64,000 nucleotides of DNA from a virus. The position numbers and the translations under genes were made by a program. Each line of letters opens with the position of its first letter. The stretch's first letter is position 1. The notes beneath the pieces are model-generated. The model was not told the DNA's origin and made no database searches. It saw only the letters and a list, made by a program, of their open reading frames with translations. The stretch is taken from the IMG/VR virus record IMGVR_UViG_3300036770_005504, positions 1 to 64,000 of that record; one strand, given 5' to 3'. This document shows, piece by piece, positions 27,936-37,424 of the stretch.

Positions 27936-27967
27936 AAAAAAAAGAAAGGTTCCATTATGGAACCTTT
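27936..27967 (-). terminator. Rho-independent terminator after the outer-membrane protein gene
   Basis: AAAGGTTCCA-TTA-TGGAACCTTT hairpin followed by a T run on the minus strand. Confidence 0.75.
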
Positions 27968-27987
27968 GTTATCAATGGAAATAAGAT

Positions 27988-28434
27988 TTAAAAGTTATAC
28001 TTTAGTCCTACGCCCACACTAGTTCCGTTGTGCACTTTCATACTACCACCTCCTACATTTCGTCGCAGATCAGCGGCAACAGAAATGTTTTTGTATAGTG
28101 GCATCGATGCGCCCAAACCGACCACACTGGTTAGACCATCTTTGGCAGTATCACTGGTAATATAACTAGCACCGAATTGTCCTTCTACAGTTAGCCCGGC
28201 CACCTGAAGTAGTTGATAGCCTGCAACCAAAGACAGTTGGTTTTGTTCACCCACTGCCACATCATATCGTTCTGCTGATGCAGAGAGGCTAAATTTTTGC
28301 CAAGAATCGGTGACAGACACAGATACACCATTGAGGTCATTGGTGACATCTCGACTATAGCCCACACCAAAATCCACAGCAGAAGCAGTGTTCAATGCTG
28401 ACAACAAAGCAAGAGTAATAAGTGGTTTTTTCAT
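27988..28434 (-). CDS. Outer-membrane beta-barrel protein (OmpA/Ail-like, 8-strand size)
   Basis: Signal peptide ending ASA, alternating amphipathic strands, C-terminal GVGLKYNF. Confidence 0.8.
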   Translation of the reverse strand: MKKPLITLALLSALNTASAVDFGVGYSRDVTNDLNGVSVSVTDSWQKFSLSASAERYDVAVGEQNQLSLVAGYQLLQVAGLTVEGQFGASYITSDTAKDGLTSVVGLGASMPLYKNISVAADLRRNVGGGSMKVHNGTSVGVGLKYNF

Positions 28435-28484
28435 ATAGTTTCCTTTTTGTTTAGTATATACCTATATAATTTCGCATGAGTTTT

Positions 28485-28805
28485 TTATTGAGCAACACGG
28501 ACATCAGTGTTCAGTGAAGGGCAATACTCTCGAATCAGTTCGCGTTCGCGTTGATGAGCTTGAGTTTTGCCACGAACAGTATCAATGATACTGACAACAA
28601 ATGATTCAACACCGTGTTCGCGGATAGCTTGATATAGCTTCCATCCGTGGCTTTCGCTACGAGCACGATAAACATGTTTGTTCCAACGAACCATAACACT
28701 GCGATTGACTGTGGATTGAGTTTTGGCTGTGACACCGATATAAAACTCTTGCCCACATTCCAACATGTAGATGATATGGGTCCGGTCGCTGCGTTTTTTT
28801 CTCAT
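28485..28805 (-). CDS. GIY-YIG endonuclease
   Basis: HIIYML..FYIGVT, RWNKH, ERELI, LN. Confidence 0.8.
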   Translation of the reverse strand: MRKKRSDRTHIIYMLECGQEFYIGVTAKTQSTVNRSVMVRWNKHVYRARSESHGWKLYQAIREHGVESFVVSIIDTVRGKTQAHQRERELIREYCPSLNTDVRVAQ

Positions 28806-28811
28806 GTTGTA

Positions 28812-28840
28812 ATTATACGATCAAGTGTGATTTTTGTCAA
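28812..28840 (-). promoter_or_regulatory. Consensus sigma70 promoter immediately before the GIY-YIG ATG
   Basis: TTGACA-17 nt-TATAAT, then 6 nt to ATG. Confidence 0.8.
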
Positions 28841-28896
28841 GTCAATTTTTACAAATTCTGTAAAAATTTTGTTACAAAACTACAACTTCAACTACT

Positions 28897-28925
28897 ATTA
28901 TACAGGAATAGTCTTTTTTGGTCAA
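28897..28925 (-). promoter_or_regulatory. Second tandem sigma70 promoter
   Basis: TTGACC-17 nt-TATAAT. Confidence 0.7.
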
Positions 28926-29296
28926 GTGTTTTTTCGATAATTTTTTAAAAAACATTCAAGATCGTTGTATAGCGACATCCAGAAAATTTCTTGACTGTCA
29001 CCAAACATACAAATATCTAGACATGAAATTTTTGGTTCAACATGATAGAAAAATGGGGTGCTAAATGCTCTATCTAATGCCAATACATTAGATAAAGTCA
29101 TATTTTTATAGAGTTTTAGTTTCAGATGATGTTGTGGTAGTTCACTAAATGTGTTGAAAAGATAGTGTCCTGTATTGGTCAATCTAAAACTATTGACATT
29201 GGGATTCAACCAGATTTGCAATTTTTCTGTATCAAACAGTTGGTCTTGTTTGGCCAGTTGGTTTAAAATATACTGATGATAATCATCTTTAGTCAT
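28922..29296 (-). CDS. Hypothetical protein
   Basis: ORF, operon packing. Confidence 0.7.
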   Translation of the reverse strand: MTKDDYHQYILNQLAKQDQLFDTEKLQIWLNPNVNSFRLTNTGHYLFNTFSELPQHHLKLKLYKNMTLSNVLALDRAFSTPFFYHVEPKISCLDICMFGDSQEIFWMSLYNDLECFLKNYRKNT

Positions 29297-29582
29297 CTGG
29301 ATAAATTTTTTGTCCAGCTCGTAACAGCACCACTGAAAATTTATCAGTTTTAAATTGTGTATTTAATTTTTTTGCCAGATTAATTGCATGACCTTTGTTG
29401 CTGAAACTGACTTTGCGATATTTAGGACCGGGCACACTGGTCAACAAGTAGCAGGTTTTTAAATTTATAGGTTGTTCATTATAAAAAACAGCCCAAATTC
29501 CCTCACTGGCTAATACTTGTTCACTGCGATAGTTGTTACGATTTGTGATCTCTGCGATGATTTTGGGCTTGGGTCTACTCAC
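29289..29582 (-). CDS. Conserved phage hypothetical protein
   Basis: MSRPKP..GPKYRKVSFSNKGHAINLAKKLN; start is GTG with AAGGA RBS. Confidence 0.75.
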   Translation of the reverse strand: MSRPKPKIIAEITNRNNYRSEQVLASEGIWAVFYNEQPINLKTCYLLTSVPGPKYRKVSFSNKGHAINLAKKLNTQFKTDKFSVVLLRAGQKIYPDD

Positions 29583-29614
29583 TGATATTTCCTTGAATTA
29601 TATCTACAGTTTAT

Positions 29615-29818
29615 TTATCGAAAATTTCCGCCGGACAGATCAACATTAATTTTTTCCTGTGTAGATGATTTGGATGACAGTTCCTCGACTCGATTCAATA
29701 AACGAGTTATATCCAATAAAAGATTTTTAGCGTCCTTCATAGACATAGAAAAGTCGTGTCGGCCACGTAATTCCTGTGAAGACACTTGGTCGATAAATTT
29801 ATTGATATACAAACTCAT
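29615..29818 (-). CDS. Hypothetical protein
   Basis: ORF overlapping the upstream stop. Confidence 0.65.
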   Translation of the reverse strand: MSLYINKFIDQVSSQELRGRHDFSMSMKDAKNLLLDITRLLNRVEELSSKSSTQEKINVDLSGGNFR

Positions 29819-30189
29819 AGTGGTTTAGTCAAATATTTTTTCAGTTCAGGAGGTTGCCAGCCCACGGGCTTAAGGATTTTTCCATCTTCTCTTTTTCTCA
29901 CCAGACCGGTGCTACGGTCGATTTTGGCAAAATTAGTTGACATAACTTCTTTCCACGCTCCTTCGCCGTCGGATCCCATACTATGGATAGCACCAATGGT
30001 CACTACCAAAATATCGATCAGTGCATCCAACATTTCCTCGTGATCGTTGTCTTTGTTGGCTGCGAATAATTCGTTGTATTCTTCTTTGATCAAATTTAGA
30101 TATAGATCAAATTGTTTATGATTAAATTCGTTGACTGTTTGACCGCAAGCTCGCATAAATTTTTCTTGGTCACGAAACACGTTTGACAT
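29815..30189 (-). CDS. MazG-like nucleotide pyrophosphohydrolase
   Basis: LIKEEYNEL..EMLDALID..EVMSTNFAK..REDGKILKP. Confidence 0.85.
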   Translation of the reverse strand: MSNVFRDQEKFMRACGQTVNEFNHKQFDLYLNLIKEEYNELFAANKDNDHEEMLDALIDILVVTIGAIHSMGSDGEGAWKEVMSTNFAKIDRSTGLVRKREDGKILKPVGWQPPELKKYLTKPL

Positions 30190-30197
30190 GATTTTCC

Positions 30198-30644
30198 TTA
30201 TTTAATTTCAGTATTTTGTGCAGATTGACAAGTATAAAAGGGTCCTTGATATGGATATCGATTAATAGATATCAACTTGGGATTTTGTATCACAGACCAA
30301 TCATCTCGAAATTTGATTCGATACCAACCGGCAGCGAACCAACATCGACTTTTTCTTTGTTTAGTAAACAATGGCAATTTCCTTTTCAAGTCCCATACAG
30401 CATTATATGCTGGACATCCGGTATCAAATCCATAGACTTGATTTGAGTTTTGTGGTTTTTTAAAATTAATTTTTTCAAAAACTACATCATTTTTCTGTAT
30501 AGACTGAATGTTCTTTGCTGTAAATTTTTGGTTACCGATTGTGATCGAATAGCCTTGCCCCAAAGATTTAATGTTTCCTATTTTTTCTTGATCTTTTTGT
30601 AATATCCAAAATTCATTTTTTAATACTGGTTTCGCTACTATCAT
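30198..30644 (-). CDS. Hypothetical protein
   Basis: ORF, operon packing. Confidence 0.7.
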   Translation of the reverse strand: MIVAKPVLKNEFWILQKDQEKIGNIKSLGQGYSITIGNQKFTAKNIQSIQKNDVVFEKINFKKPQNSNQVYGFDTGCPAYNAVWDLKRKLPLFTKQRKSRCWFAAGWYRIKFRDDWSVIQNPKLISINRYPYQGPFYTCQSAQNTEIK

Positions 30645-31638
30645 CTAGTATCCCTTGATATTTTTGATTTAACCATCGACCATATTGTTCAGATGATTCA
30701 CTGAGTTTTATCAGTTCAAATTTTCCACAAAACTTAATAAATTTCGTGCCCACTTGTCCAACATCTTGTGTGCGAATTTGTGTTTGTATTGCTTGATCCA
30801 CTGCTTGTTTGACCCAGTCTGGTTGAGCACGAAGATCAATCAATACTCGATTGCGTTGATAGTCATCAATTACTCGATGCTCAATGCCCAAATGATCTAC
30901 CCATCTTTGTAGCATGAGATTGTTCCATGCAAAACCTCGATGATTTCGATCTTGGAATGCTTCAAGCAACCCAATTTTATTTTTACTACTTTTCAGTCTT
31001 ACATTGGGATAAGCTGAAAAAATATTGTCGGTGGGATCACCTCGCATACATTTCTCAAATAATAACCATTCGGGGTCGGGCACGGGGCGTGGTTGTCGAG
31101 TCCGTCGGTCGCGACATAATTGTCCTTTGGAATCAAATATTCCTTCCACGGTGATTAATTCGTCAGTGATACCGTTATATTGTCGAACAGTGGGCGTCAA
31201 CAATTGCACAAAATCAGTGTCACTGCTGATAATTACATGTTCATCATTGGGATGCAATGCAATCCACCTAGCAATGATATCATCGGCTTCGGCATTGGGG
31301 TGTTGAATCACTGAGCAATTGGTTTGATTTTTAAGGTATTCAACAAAACGATCATAAGTTTCCCAAAACAATTGATCTTCTTTTTGTTGAGATGCGGTTT
31401 GTGCTGCTCTAGCAACTGCACGATTTTTTTTGTAAGGCTCATAATGATCTTTTCGCCAACTACGTCCTTCTAGTGCAAACATGATATGATCTGCAGGAAA
31501 CTGTCGACAAATTCGATTGATAGAGCTCATTGTGATATGTAGTGCATATCCGATTTTTTCATTGTCATCTGATGCTCGACTGGCAGTATGTCTTGCCCGA
31601 AAAAATGTATTGGCTGTGTCTATAAGAAGATATCGCAT
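30613..31638 (-). CDS. rnh: T4-type RNase H / 5'-3' flap exonuclease
   Basis: YLLID, YKKNR, AEADDII, ISSDTDFVQL, GDPTDNI. Confidence 0.88.
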   Translation of the reverse strand: MRYLLIDTANTFFRARHTASRASDDNEKIGYALHITMSSINRICRQFPADHIMFALEGRSWRKDHYEPYKKNRAVARAAQTASQQKEDQLFWETYDRFVEYLKNQTNCSVIQHPNAEADDIIARWIALHPNDEHVIISSDTDFVQLLTPTVRQYNGITDELITVEGIFDSKGQLCRDRRTRQPRPVPDPEWLLFEKCMRGDPTDNIFSAYPNVRLKSSKNKIGLLEAFQDRNHRGFAWNNLMLQRWVDHLGIEHRVIDDYQRNRVLIDLRAQPDWVKQAVDQAIQTQIRTQDVGQVGTKFIKFCGKFELIKLSESSEQYGRWLNQKYQGILDDSSETSIKK

Positions 31639-31671
31639 GATTTAGGATGGTTTCTCTAATTTGAGAAAAAT

Positions 31672-31700
31672 ATTATAATATAATATTTCTAATGCGTCAA
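31672..31700 (-). promoter_or_regulatory. Sigma70-type promoter for rnh
   Basis: TTGACG-17 nt-TATAAT. Confidence 0.65.
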
Positions 31701-31891
31701 CTAATTTTGTGGACCTTGTTGGTCAATGTTAACCAAACCACCATGGGTTGGTGATTTGTGGTAATTGTTATTTGTCGATAGTTACCAACAAAACTCCATT
31801 CATTGCCAGGTGCGCCCCAATTTTCTCGACATGATCTCAATGTTTCGACTATATGGGATTGTGTTCCTTTGATAGTGATATTTGACATCAA
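31697..31891 (-). CDS. Hypothetical protein
   Basis: Short ORF in operon. Confidence 0.55.
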   Translation of the reverse strand: MMSNITIKGTQSHIVETLRSCRENWGAPGNEWSFVGNYRQITITTNHQPMVVWLTLTNKVHKIS

Positions 31892-32271
31892 CTGATCTCT
31901 GATCGATTATTACCGATTTTTTTATCTTTGATAAAATTGGGCGAGTTATTAAAATTAATAGCTTGTTCTTGTTCCCATGTTTCCATGACCACATGTCGAC
32001 AAATATTTTGAAACCAACGATCTACAATTTCGTTGTCGCGGTCCTCCTTTTTAAGTTGATACCCAGCACGAATCAAGTCAGCTACAAATTTATCGTTCCA
32101 GTCCAATTCAAAACTGCCTTGGTGAGGATTATCTATATCAAGTTCGAAACTGACAATTTTGATATAGGGTTCACCTCGTTCCGTGGCCAATTGTTTGGCT
32201 GATTTTTCATCAGTGGTTGTGTTTGACGATTTCTTACTAAATTTTTTAAACCAATTCCACATGGTTACCAA
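31888..32271 (-). CDS. Conserved phage hypothetical protein
   Basis: ATERGEPY..GSFELDWND..VDRWF. Confidence 0.75.
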   Translation of the reverse strand: MVTMWNWFKKFSKKSSNTTTDEKSAKQLATERGEPYIKIVSFELDIDNPHQGSFELDWNDKFVADLIRAGYQLKKEDRDNEIVDRWFQNICRHVVMETWEQEQAINFNNSPNFIKDKKIGNNRSEIS

Positions 32272-32459
32272 CTTTCGATATCAGTGATATCAATTTTAAT
32301 TTTTGATTTAGATTCAAACTCAGCAGTGACTACAGATCCAATTCCACTGGAATTATCGAATATCAAATCTACATGATCAGGGTCATATTTTTCGAAAATT
32401 TCTAGTAATTTTTTAAATTCACCACGAGTCATTCGAAAAGATTTCATTACGTTCCCCAT
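32265..32459 (-). CDS. Hypothetical protein
   Basis: SSGIGS..DITDIESW small phage-protein pattern. Confidence 0.65.
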   Translation of the reverse strand: MGNVMKSFRMTRGEFKKLLEIFEKYDPDHVDLIFDNSSGIGSVVTAEFESKSKIKIDITDIESW

Positions 32460-33316
32460 TGATTTTTGAATAGTGGTACTTGAAGTCGATCGCTATATCT
32501 AAGACCGTTCTTCATTGCAAAGTCGGCAACACGTCGATTGTTTAAAGTATAGACACTTTCAACGCCTCCTACCGGCATGAGATAGCAAGGGCCTTGGAAA
32601 CCTTCTGCACGATATATGTCTAAAGTTTCTATAGCTTCTTCAGCATCATCTTCAGAGGCAACAACAAATTTAAGATATGTATAACCAACTTCCTCATATT
32701 CGCAGACAACGTCTGGGCGGATAGCTTCGTGTCGTTCCTCACCAGAGCAGCTAAGTTTAGCACTAACTGAAAATGTTACATCATCTCTGGATCTATCACT
32801 GCCCGACCAATTGACAAGATAGTTTTTAAATTCTGGTGTGAGTTTTTGAGTACCGTTGGTCTCGAAAGTGATTTCTTTAAGACCTGCCATCTTAGGATGA
32901 TTCAGTAGATCGGAATAAGCACGTTGCCAACCCAGCAATGGTTCACCGCCGGTGATTACTAAGTGTTCGTTTTGCCATTCTTTGTGTGGAAGGAGATCAA
33001 CAATATTTTGAGCTAGGCCATCAATCTCAACCAGTGGACTCAAATGTTTGAATTCTGGATAGACCGCAGCATAACTATCGCATCCTGTTTCGACTAATGG
33101 TAAACTTTTATAATCTTGATACCTATTAATATTATCAATAATAGAGACTACTTCAGGATTATGTGTTTCTTGATCTGGGATGGAGTTTTTGTCCCTGCCA
33201 AAGCCTTGACAACGAAAATTACAACCAAAAGTTCTTAGAAAGACACTGGGCACTCCCATATATCGGCCTTCGCCCTGAATAGAGTAAAATAGTTCCGATA
33301 TTTTAATTTTAGACAT
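32447..33316 (-). CDS. queE: 7-carboxy-7-deazaguanine synthase (radical SAM)
   Basis: ISELFYSIQGEG..VFLRTFGCNFRC, VITGGEP, ETNGT, LKFVV, RLQV. Confidence 0.88.
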   Translation of the reverse strand: MSKIKISELFYSIQGEGRYMGVPSVFLRTFGCNFRCQGFGRDKNSIPDQETHNPEVVSIIDNINRYQDYKSLPLVETGCDSYAAVYPEFKHLSPLVEIDGLAQNIVDLLPHKEWQNEHLVITGGEPLLGWQRAYSDLLNHPKMAGLKEITFETNGTQKLTPEFKNYLVNWSGSDRSRDDVTFSVSAKLSCSGEERHEAIRPDVVCEYEEVGYTYLKFVVASEDDAEEAIETLDIYRAEGFQGPCYLMPVGGVESVYTLNNRRVADFAMKNGLRYSDRLQVPLFKNQWGT

Positions 33317-33620
33317 GTTGATCCTTATTGATTGCCTGCCCATTGTCGCCTATGAAAATAGTTGACCATTTACGCAGTTTTGTTCTTTTGTTTACAGCAG
33401 CAGAATCTATGTTTGCTTGATTTATGAGATTATTTTCTACCAGCAGTTCTATCATACAGATTAAATCACCAATTTCTTCTTCAAGATGTTGACGATTATT
33501 TCTGTGATCTTTTGGGTTCATTCCTAAAAACCCAAATCTATTTACTTTACTAACTGCTTGGATTACCTCAGCACATTCTTCTTGCAATATAGCAAGTATT
33601 TCATCGGTATTGTCTATCAT
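33309..33620 (-). CDS. MazG-like pyrophosphohydrolase
   Basis: LQEECAEVIQAVSK..LEEEIGDL. Confidence 0.8.
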   Translation of the reverse strand: MIDNTDEILAILQEECAEVIQAVSKVNRFGFLGMNPKDHRNNRQHLEEEIGDLICMIELLVENNLINQANIDSAAVNKRTKLRKWSTIFIGDNGQAINKDQHV

Positions 33621-34393
33621 TTTTTAATTGCCTTCACACATAGATGCCATCCTAAATATTGTTTTATCGCCAATCTCATGGCCTCGGGCATGGCAGAAAA
33701 CCAAGGTTCTAAGACATAGTTACCACGACGATATTCTTCTACATTATACATGAAACAATGATTTTGTCTAATATCATTTATATCAAACAGCCCGGTAATT
33801 AACCAATGTATTTTGTCTACATCATATGTTTCTGCGTAGGGGCAACCGGCTTGAGCCTCATATTGATCAAGACCGGCTTGAATCATGGCAGATTTCCAAC
33901 TATGTTCAGCATAAACTAAAAATCTAAATTCTCCTTGGTCCTTGAGTAAGTTGTGGGCATTTTGAACTATCTGTCGTGGTTGTGGACTATGATGTATCAC
34001 TCCCATACTATAAACCAAATCAAATTGACCCAAATGTTTCAATTGTGACCAATCGGTGGAATCTAGACAAAAAAATTGTGCTTCTAATTGCTGAATTGAA
34101 AACCGTTTTCGACAAAGATCTACACTGTTTTGACTGATGTCTATGCCCACATATTCAGCGCCGTGGCGAACGAATTGCTCGGCATCAGTGCCAATACCGC
34201 ATCCAATTTCCAAAACTCTGCGCCCTTGCCAAAGATGAAAATTTGCCAATTCATGGATATGTGGTTCTACAAAATATCTACGATGAGTTATTTCGTTCCA
34301 ATATTGTGCAGTGTCAGGATCGGCCCGACTATGCAATACATTACAAGGTTGATTATCCCAGTATTCGACGATTTTTTGTTCTAAATTTTTCAT
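33617..34393 (-). CDS. Class I SAM-dependent methyltransferase
   Basis: VLEIGCGIG, GIDIS, FDLVYSMGVIHH. Confidence 0.88.
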   Translation of the reverse strand: MKNLEQKIVEYWDNQPCNVLHSRADPDTAQYWNEITHRRYFVEPHIHELANFHLWQGRRVLEIGCGIGTDAEQFVRHGAEYVGIDISQNSVDLCRKRFSIQQLEAQFFCLDSTDWSQLKHLGQFDLVYSMGVIHHSPQPRQIVQNAHNLLKDQGEFRFLVYAEHSWKSAMIQAGLDQYEAQAGCPYAETYDVDKIHWLITGLFDINDIRQNHCFMYNVEEYRRGNYVLEPWFSAMPEAMRLAIKQYLGWHLCVKAIKK

Positions 34394-35217
34394 TGATTAA
34401 CATCGATCCTAGTCAGTCGATTTTTAGTATCTGCAGCATACATTTTTGCCCAAATATCAATCTTGCCAGCACAACCATCTCGGAACCAATCACAAATTCG
34501 ATTTTCGGTTTTTTCGATATAATTGCAAATTTTGTTGGCATCGCGTAAACGAATCTCTCTCCAATTACTGTGATTAAAGTCACGGGGGTCGTTGTGATTA
34601 CCTTCTAACATGGGACGATTTTTGTATGTTTCGTCGTTGTTGAGACCAGTTAGATCAAATCTTTCATGATGAACAAATACTGGTATATCGACCATGATGT
34701 CTAGTAGATATGCAATATGACTGACCCATGCATCATTGATCTGATGTGGGCTGATATACCCAGTGACCTGTGTCCACTCACGGGGAATAATAGGAAAGAT
34801 AGCATAGGGATGTTGATTAGTAGTTTCGGCTCTTAAAACTCGAAACTGCCCTGTATATTTTTTAATTTCTAAATCCCAATCCTGTGTGTCCATCACTGCA
34901 TCGTCATTGTAAAAAAACAACCAATCACCTTGACTGATCCGGGCCAATGCATTGAGATATTCATTGAGTCGAATATAACCAATGGGATTAAATGCCATTG
35001 CAGTATACCCACATCGATATTGCGTCTCTAACAATTTTTTAAGATCGGTGGTGGCAAAATTAATTACTTCTTTGTCATCTCGATCTAATGCCAATAGTAT
35101 TTCGATTTGTGTGGGATCATGTGCTCGTGACAACAAAGAAACCAAAGATTTTTCCAAAGATTGTATTCGTCCACGAGTGGGTAACAGTATACTGATTTTG
35201 TATTTTTGTTGATTCAT
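34390..35217 (-). CDS. GT2-like (GT-A) glycosyltransferase
   Basis: ISILLPTRGR, LDRDD, FFYNDD. Confidence 0.8.
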   Translation of the reverse strand: MNQQKYKISILLPTRGRIQSLEKSLVSLLSRAHDPTQIEILLALDRDDKEVINFATTDLKKLLETQYRCGYTAMAFNPIGYIRLNEYLNALARISQGDWLFFYNDDAVMDTQDWDLEIKKYTGQFRVLRAETTNQHPYAIFPIIPREWTQVTGYISPHQINDAWVSHIAYLLDIMVDIPVFVHHERFDLTGLNNDETYKNRPMLEGNHNDPRDFNHSNWREIRLRDANKICNYIEKTENRICDWFRDGCAGKIDIWAKMYAADTKNRLTRIDVNQ

Positions 35218-35453
35218 AAAAAAGACTTTATCAAAGGTGGCAAATATATTATTGTAATTACTGTTTGAACAGTCAACAAACTATATTTTTTCCACATTAT
35301 AGCTTGTATTGCCCAACCTAAATTACTTAAAAAAAGAAACCAAATGTTTAATGGATATATGTTGAGTGAGGTCAATACAGCACCAATAATCAGTAATGCA
35401 GTAATACCCCACTCAAACCAAAATGTCCAGGGTTGCCTGAACAATTTTATCAT
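35214..35453 (-). CDS. Small membrane protein
   Basis: Three hydrophobic segments. Confidence 0.7.
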   Translation of the reverse strand: MIKLFRQPWTFWFEWGITALLIIGAVLTSLNIYPLNIWFLFLSNLGWAIQAIMWKKYSLLTVQTVITIIYLPPLIKSFL

Positions 35454-36145
35454 TTCATGTCTCTAGCTTCTTCGCGTGTGGGTGCTAGACTTACCAATGG
35501 AGTCAGCAGTAAAATAATAACCAATTTAAACAATGTTGACCCGGACACGATTCTTGCAATTGCAGTGTCAAATGCCATGACCGAACCACCGAGAATCATC
35601 GGGAAAACAATAAATGCCAAAATTGTAAAAAATACAGCATCAACTGGCAAGCTCAGTAAGTTACTAAAGAATGTTCTAGCCCAACTGCTGTAGTCACGAT
35701 CCCATAACCATTGATAGATATAAGTATTAACCCATTGACTAATAATAGTTGCTATCTCTGAACCTAATACGATTCCCAGACTCATTCGAAAAACTGCATC
35801 AAAATTCACACTGGGTCGAAAACTCGGGGCAGGCAAAAAAGTCATTGCATACATAAATGCTGCAATAGCTAAATTCAATACTACACCAATCAGGATTGTT
35901 TGTCGAACAATCTCAGCACCGGCCAGTTTGTGCAACATATCGCGAACCACAAATACCACAGCAAATAATAGTGCCCCGGCTGGTGTTACTACCCAACCAA
36001 AATCTAAAAACTTCGCCGCAGCAAAATCTGCCACTGTCATGGTCATGATCAGGGTAGCAGCTAATCCCAAAATCCAATAGAACGTTTTGTGATCTAATGT
36101 CATTGATGGATGATTTAAAAATTTATCATGTAATGAAGTTGTCAT
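35450..36145 (-). CDS. yhhQ: Queuosine-precursor (preQ0/preQ1) transporter, YhhQ/VUT family
   Basis: Multi-TM protein; AAKF..PAG...FVVRD, LGS...SQWVN, R...SN..S...DAVFF pattern; located among que genes. Confidence 0.75.
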   Translation of the reverse strand: MTTSLHDKFLNHPSMTLDHKTFYWILGLAATLIMTMTVADFAAAKFLDFGWVVTPAGALLFAVVFVVRDMLHKLAGAEIVRQTILIGVVLNLAIAAFMYAMTFLPAPSFRPSVNFDAVFRMSLGIVLGSEIATIISQWVNTYIYQWLWDRDYSSWARTFFSNLLSLPVDAVFFTILAFIVFPMILGGSVMAFDTAIARIVSGSTLFKLVIILLLTPLVSLAPTREEARDMK

Positions 36146-36179
36146 TTTTTTCCTTTTCTAGAATGTGTATTTAAAATTA

Positions 36180-36710
36180 TTACAAAGATGACTCGTATAT
36201 AGCACTATTGCCTGTGTGCTCAAAAACTTCTACCGAACGCAAACGAACATTAGCGCCCACAGGATAACGTGCTTCGAATAATCGACCATCTGGATGTGTC
36301 CACCCTCGCCCTTCTTGATATGCTTGGAGTATTTCGTTCATTGTTCGATATGCCAACTCAGCAAATTTTTCACAGCCCACAGCTTCTACAATCCGTAGAT
36401 CGCATACCCCACCTTGATCCTGTAGACCCAATTGAGCCATTTGCTTGAACATTTTGAGATGTGGATCATCCTGTGCAATGATCAGGGTATGATCAAATTG
36501 CCATTCGCTCCATTCCTTAAAGGCCTTAAGCCCGCCGAAATCCATGACCCAATTACGATCATCTAATGTTGAGCTTTCGAATACCAATCTGATTCCTATG
36601 CTATAGCCATGTAGAAGCGAACAATGGCTATGAGTCGATCGCCACTGTCTAAAACAGCAACTCAGTCCTCGATCATTGCCATAGGTTTTTGTTGATAGGT
36701 AAGTTGCCAT
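36180..36710 (-). CDS. queD: 6-carboxytetrahydropterin synthase
   Basis: CSLLHGY, WVMDFG.LK, FDHT, CEKFA, VEVFE. Confidence 0.88.
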   Translation of the reverse strand: MATYLSTKTYGNDRGLSCCFRQWRSTHSHCSLLHGYSIGIRLVFESSTLDDRNWVMDFGGLKAFKEWSEWQFDHTLIIAQDDPHLKMFKQMAQLGLQDQGGVCDLRIVEAVGCEKFAELAYRTMNEILQAYQEGRGWTHPDGRLFEARYPVGANVRLRSVEVFEHTGNSAIYESSL

Positions 36711-36717
36711 AACTTAG

Positions 36718-37410
36718 TTATTCCTCACGATTACCAAATAAGTTTAGTAGTGATAAGAATATATTAATGAAATTAAGATACAATGTCAATGCTCCTATAA
36801 TCTCAACATTGCCATTTCCTGCTAGACTAACCGATTCTCGAATACGTTGTGTATCCCAAGCAGTTAGTCCCAAAAAGACTACCACAGCAATGGCCGAGAT
36901 CACCATAGACATAACACTACTACCGATGAAAACATTGATGATACTGGCAATGACAACTGCAATCAAGCCCACAAACATAAACTGGCCCATACTTTCGAGA
37001 CTTTTTTTGGTAAAATATCCATAAAAGCTCATTGTGCCAAATAAAATAGCAGCCGCCATAAAGGCACTGATAATACTACCTGTGGTATAGACCATAAAAA
37101 TAGTAGCAGTGCTAATACCCATCAATGCAGCAAATCCATGCAGCATCAATAGTGCAATTTCACGAGGCGGGTTGGCATTTAATGCCATAGTGATGCCAAA
37201 AATTGCTGCCAATGGGGCAAAAATCACAATCCATTTGACCCATCCAGTAAACAAAAAGCTCATCAACGCTGGACTGGTGCTGATCAATAATCCCACAATC
37301 ATACTGGTCAAAACTGCCAACATCATGTGATTGTATACACGTAACATGGCAGAATTGATTTCACTAGCACTGCGATAAATTGATGCAGTTTCGATCGAGT
37401 TCATTAGCAT
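36718..37410 (-). CDS. Bax inhibitor-1/YccA family membrane protein
   Basis: 7 TM; LTAWDTQRI, GALTLYLNFINIFL.LL. Confidence 0.9.
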   Translation of the reverse strand: MLMNSIETASIYRSASEINSAMLRVYNHMMLAVLTSMIVGLLISTSPALMSFLFTGWVKWIVIFAPLAAIFGITMALNANPPREIALLMLHGFAALMGISTATIFMVYTTGSIISAFMAAAILFGTMSFYGYFTKKSLESMGQFMFVGLIAVVIASIINVFIGSSVMSMVISAIAVVVFLGLTAWDTQRIRESVSLAGNGNVEIIGALTLYLNFINIFLSLLNLFGNREE

Positions 37411-37424
37411 ATAATTATTCTCCT

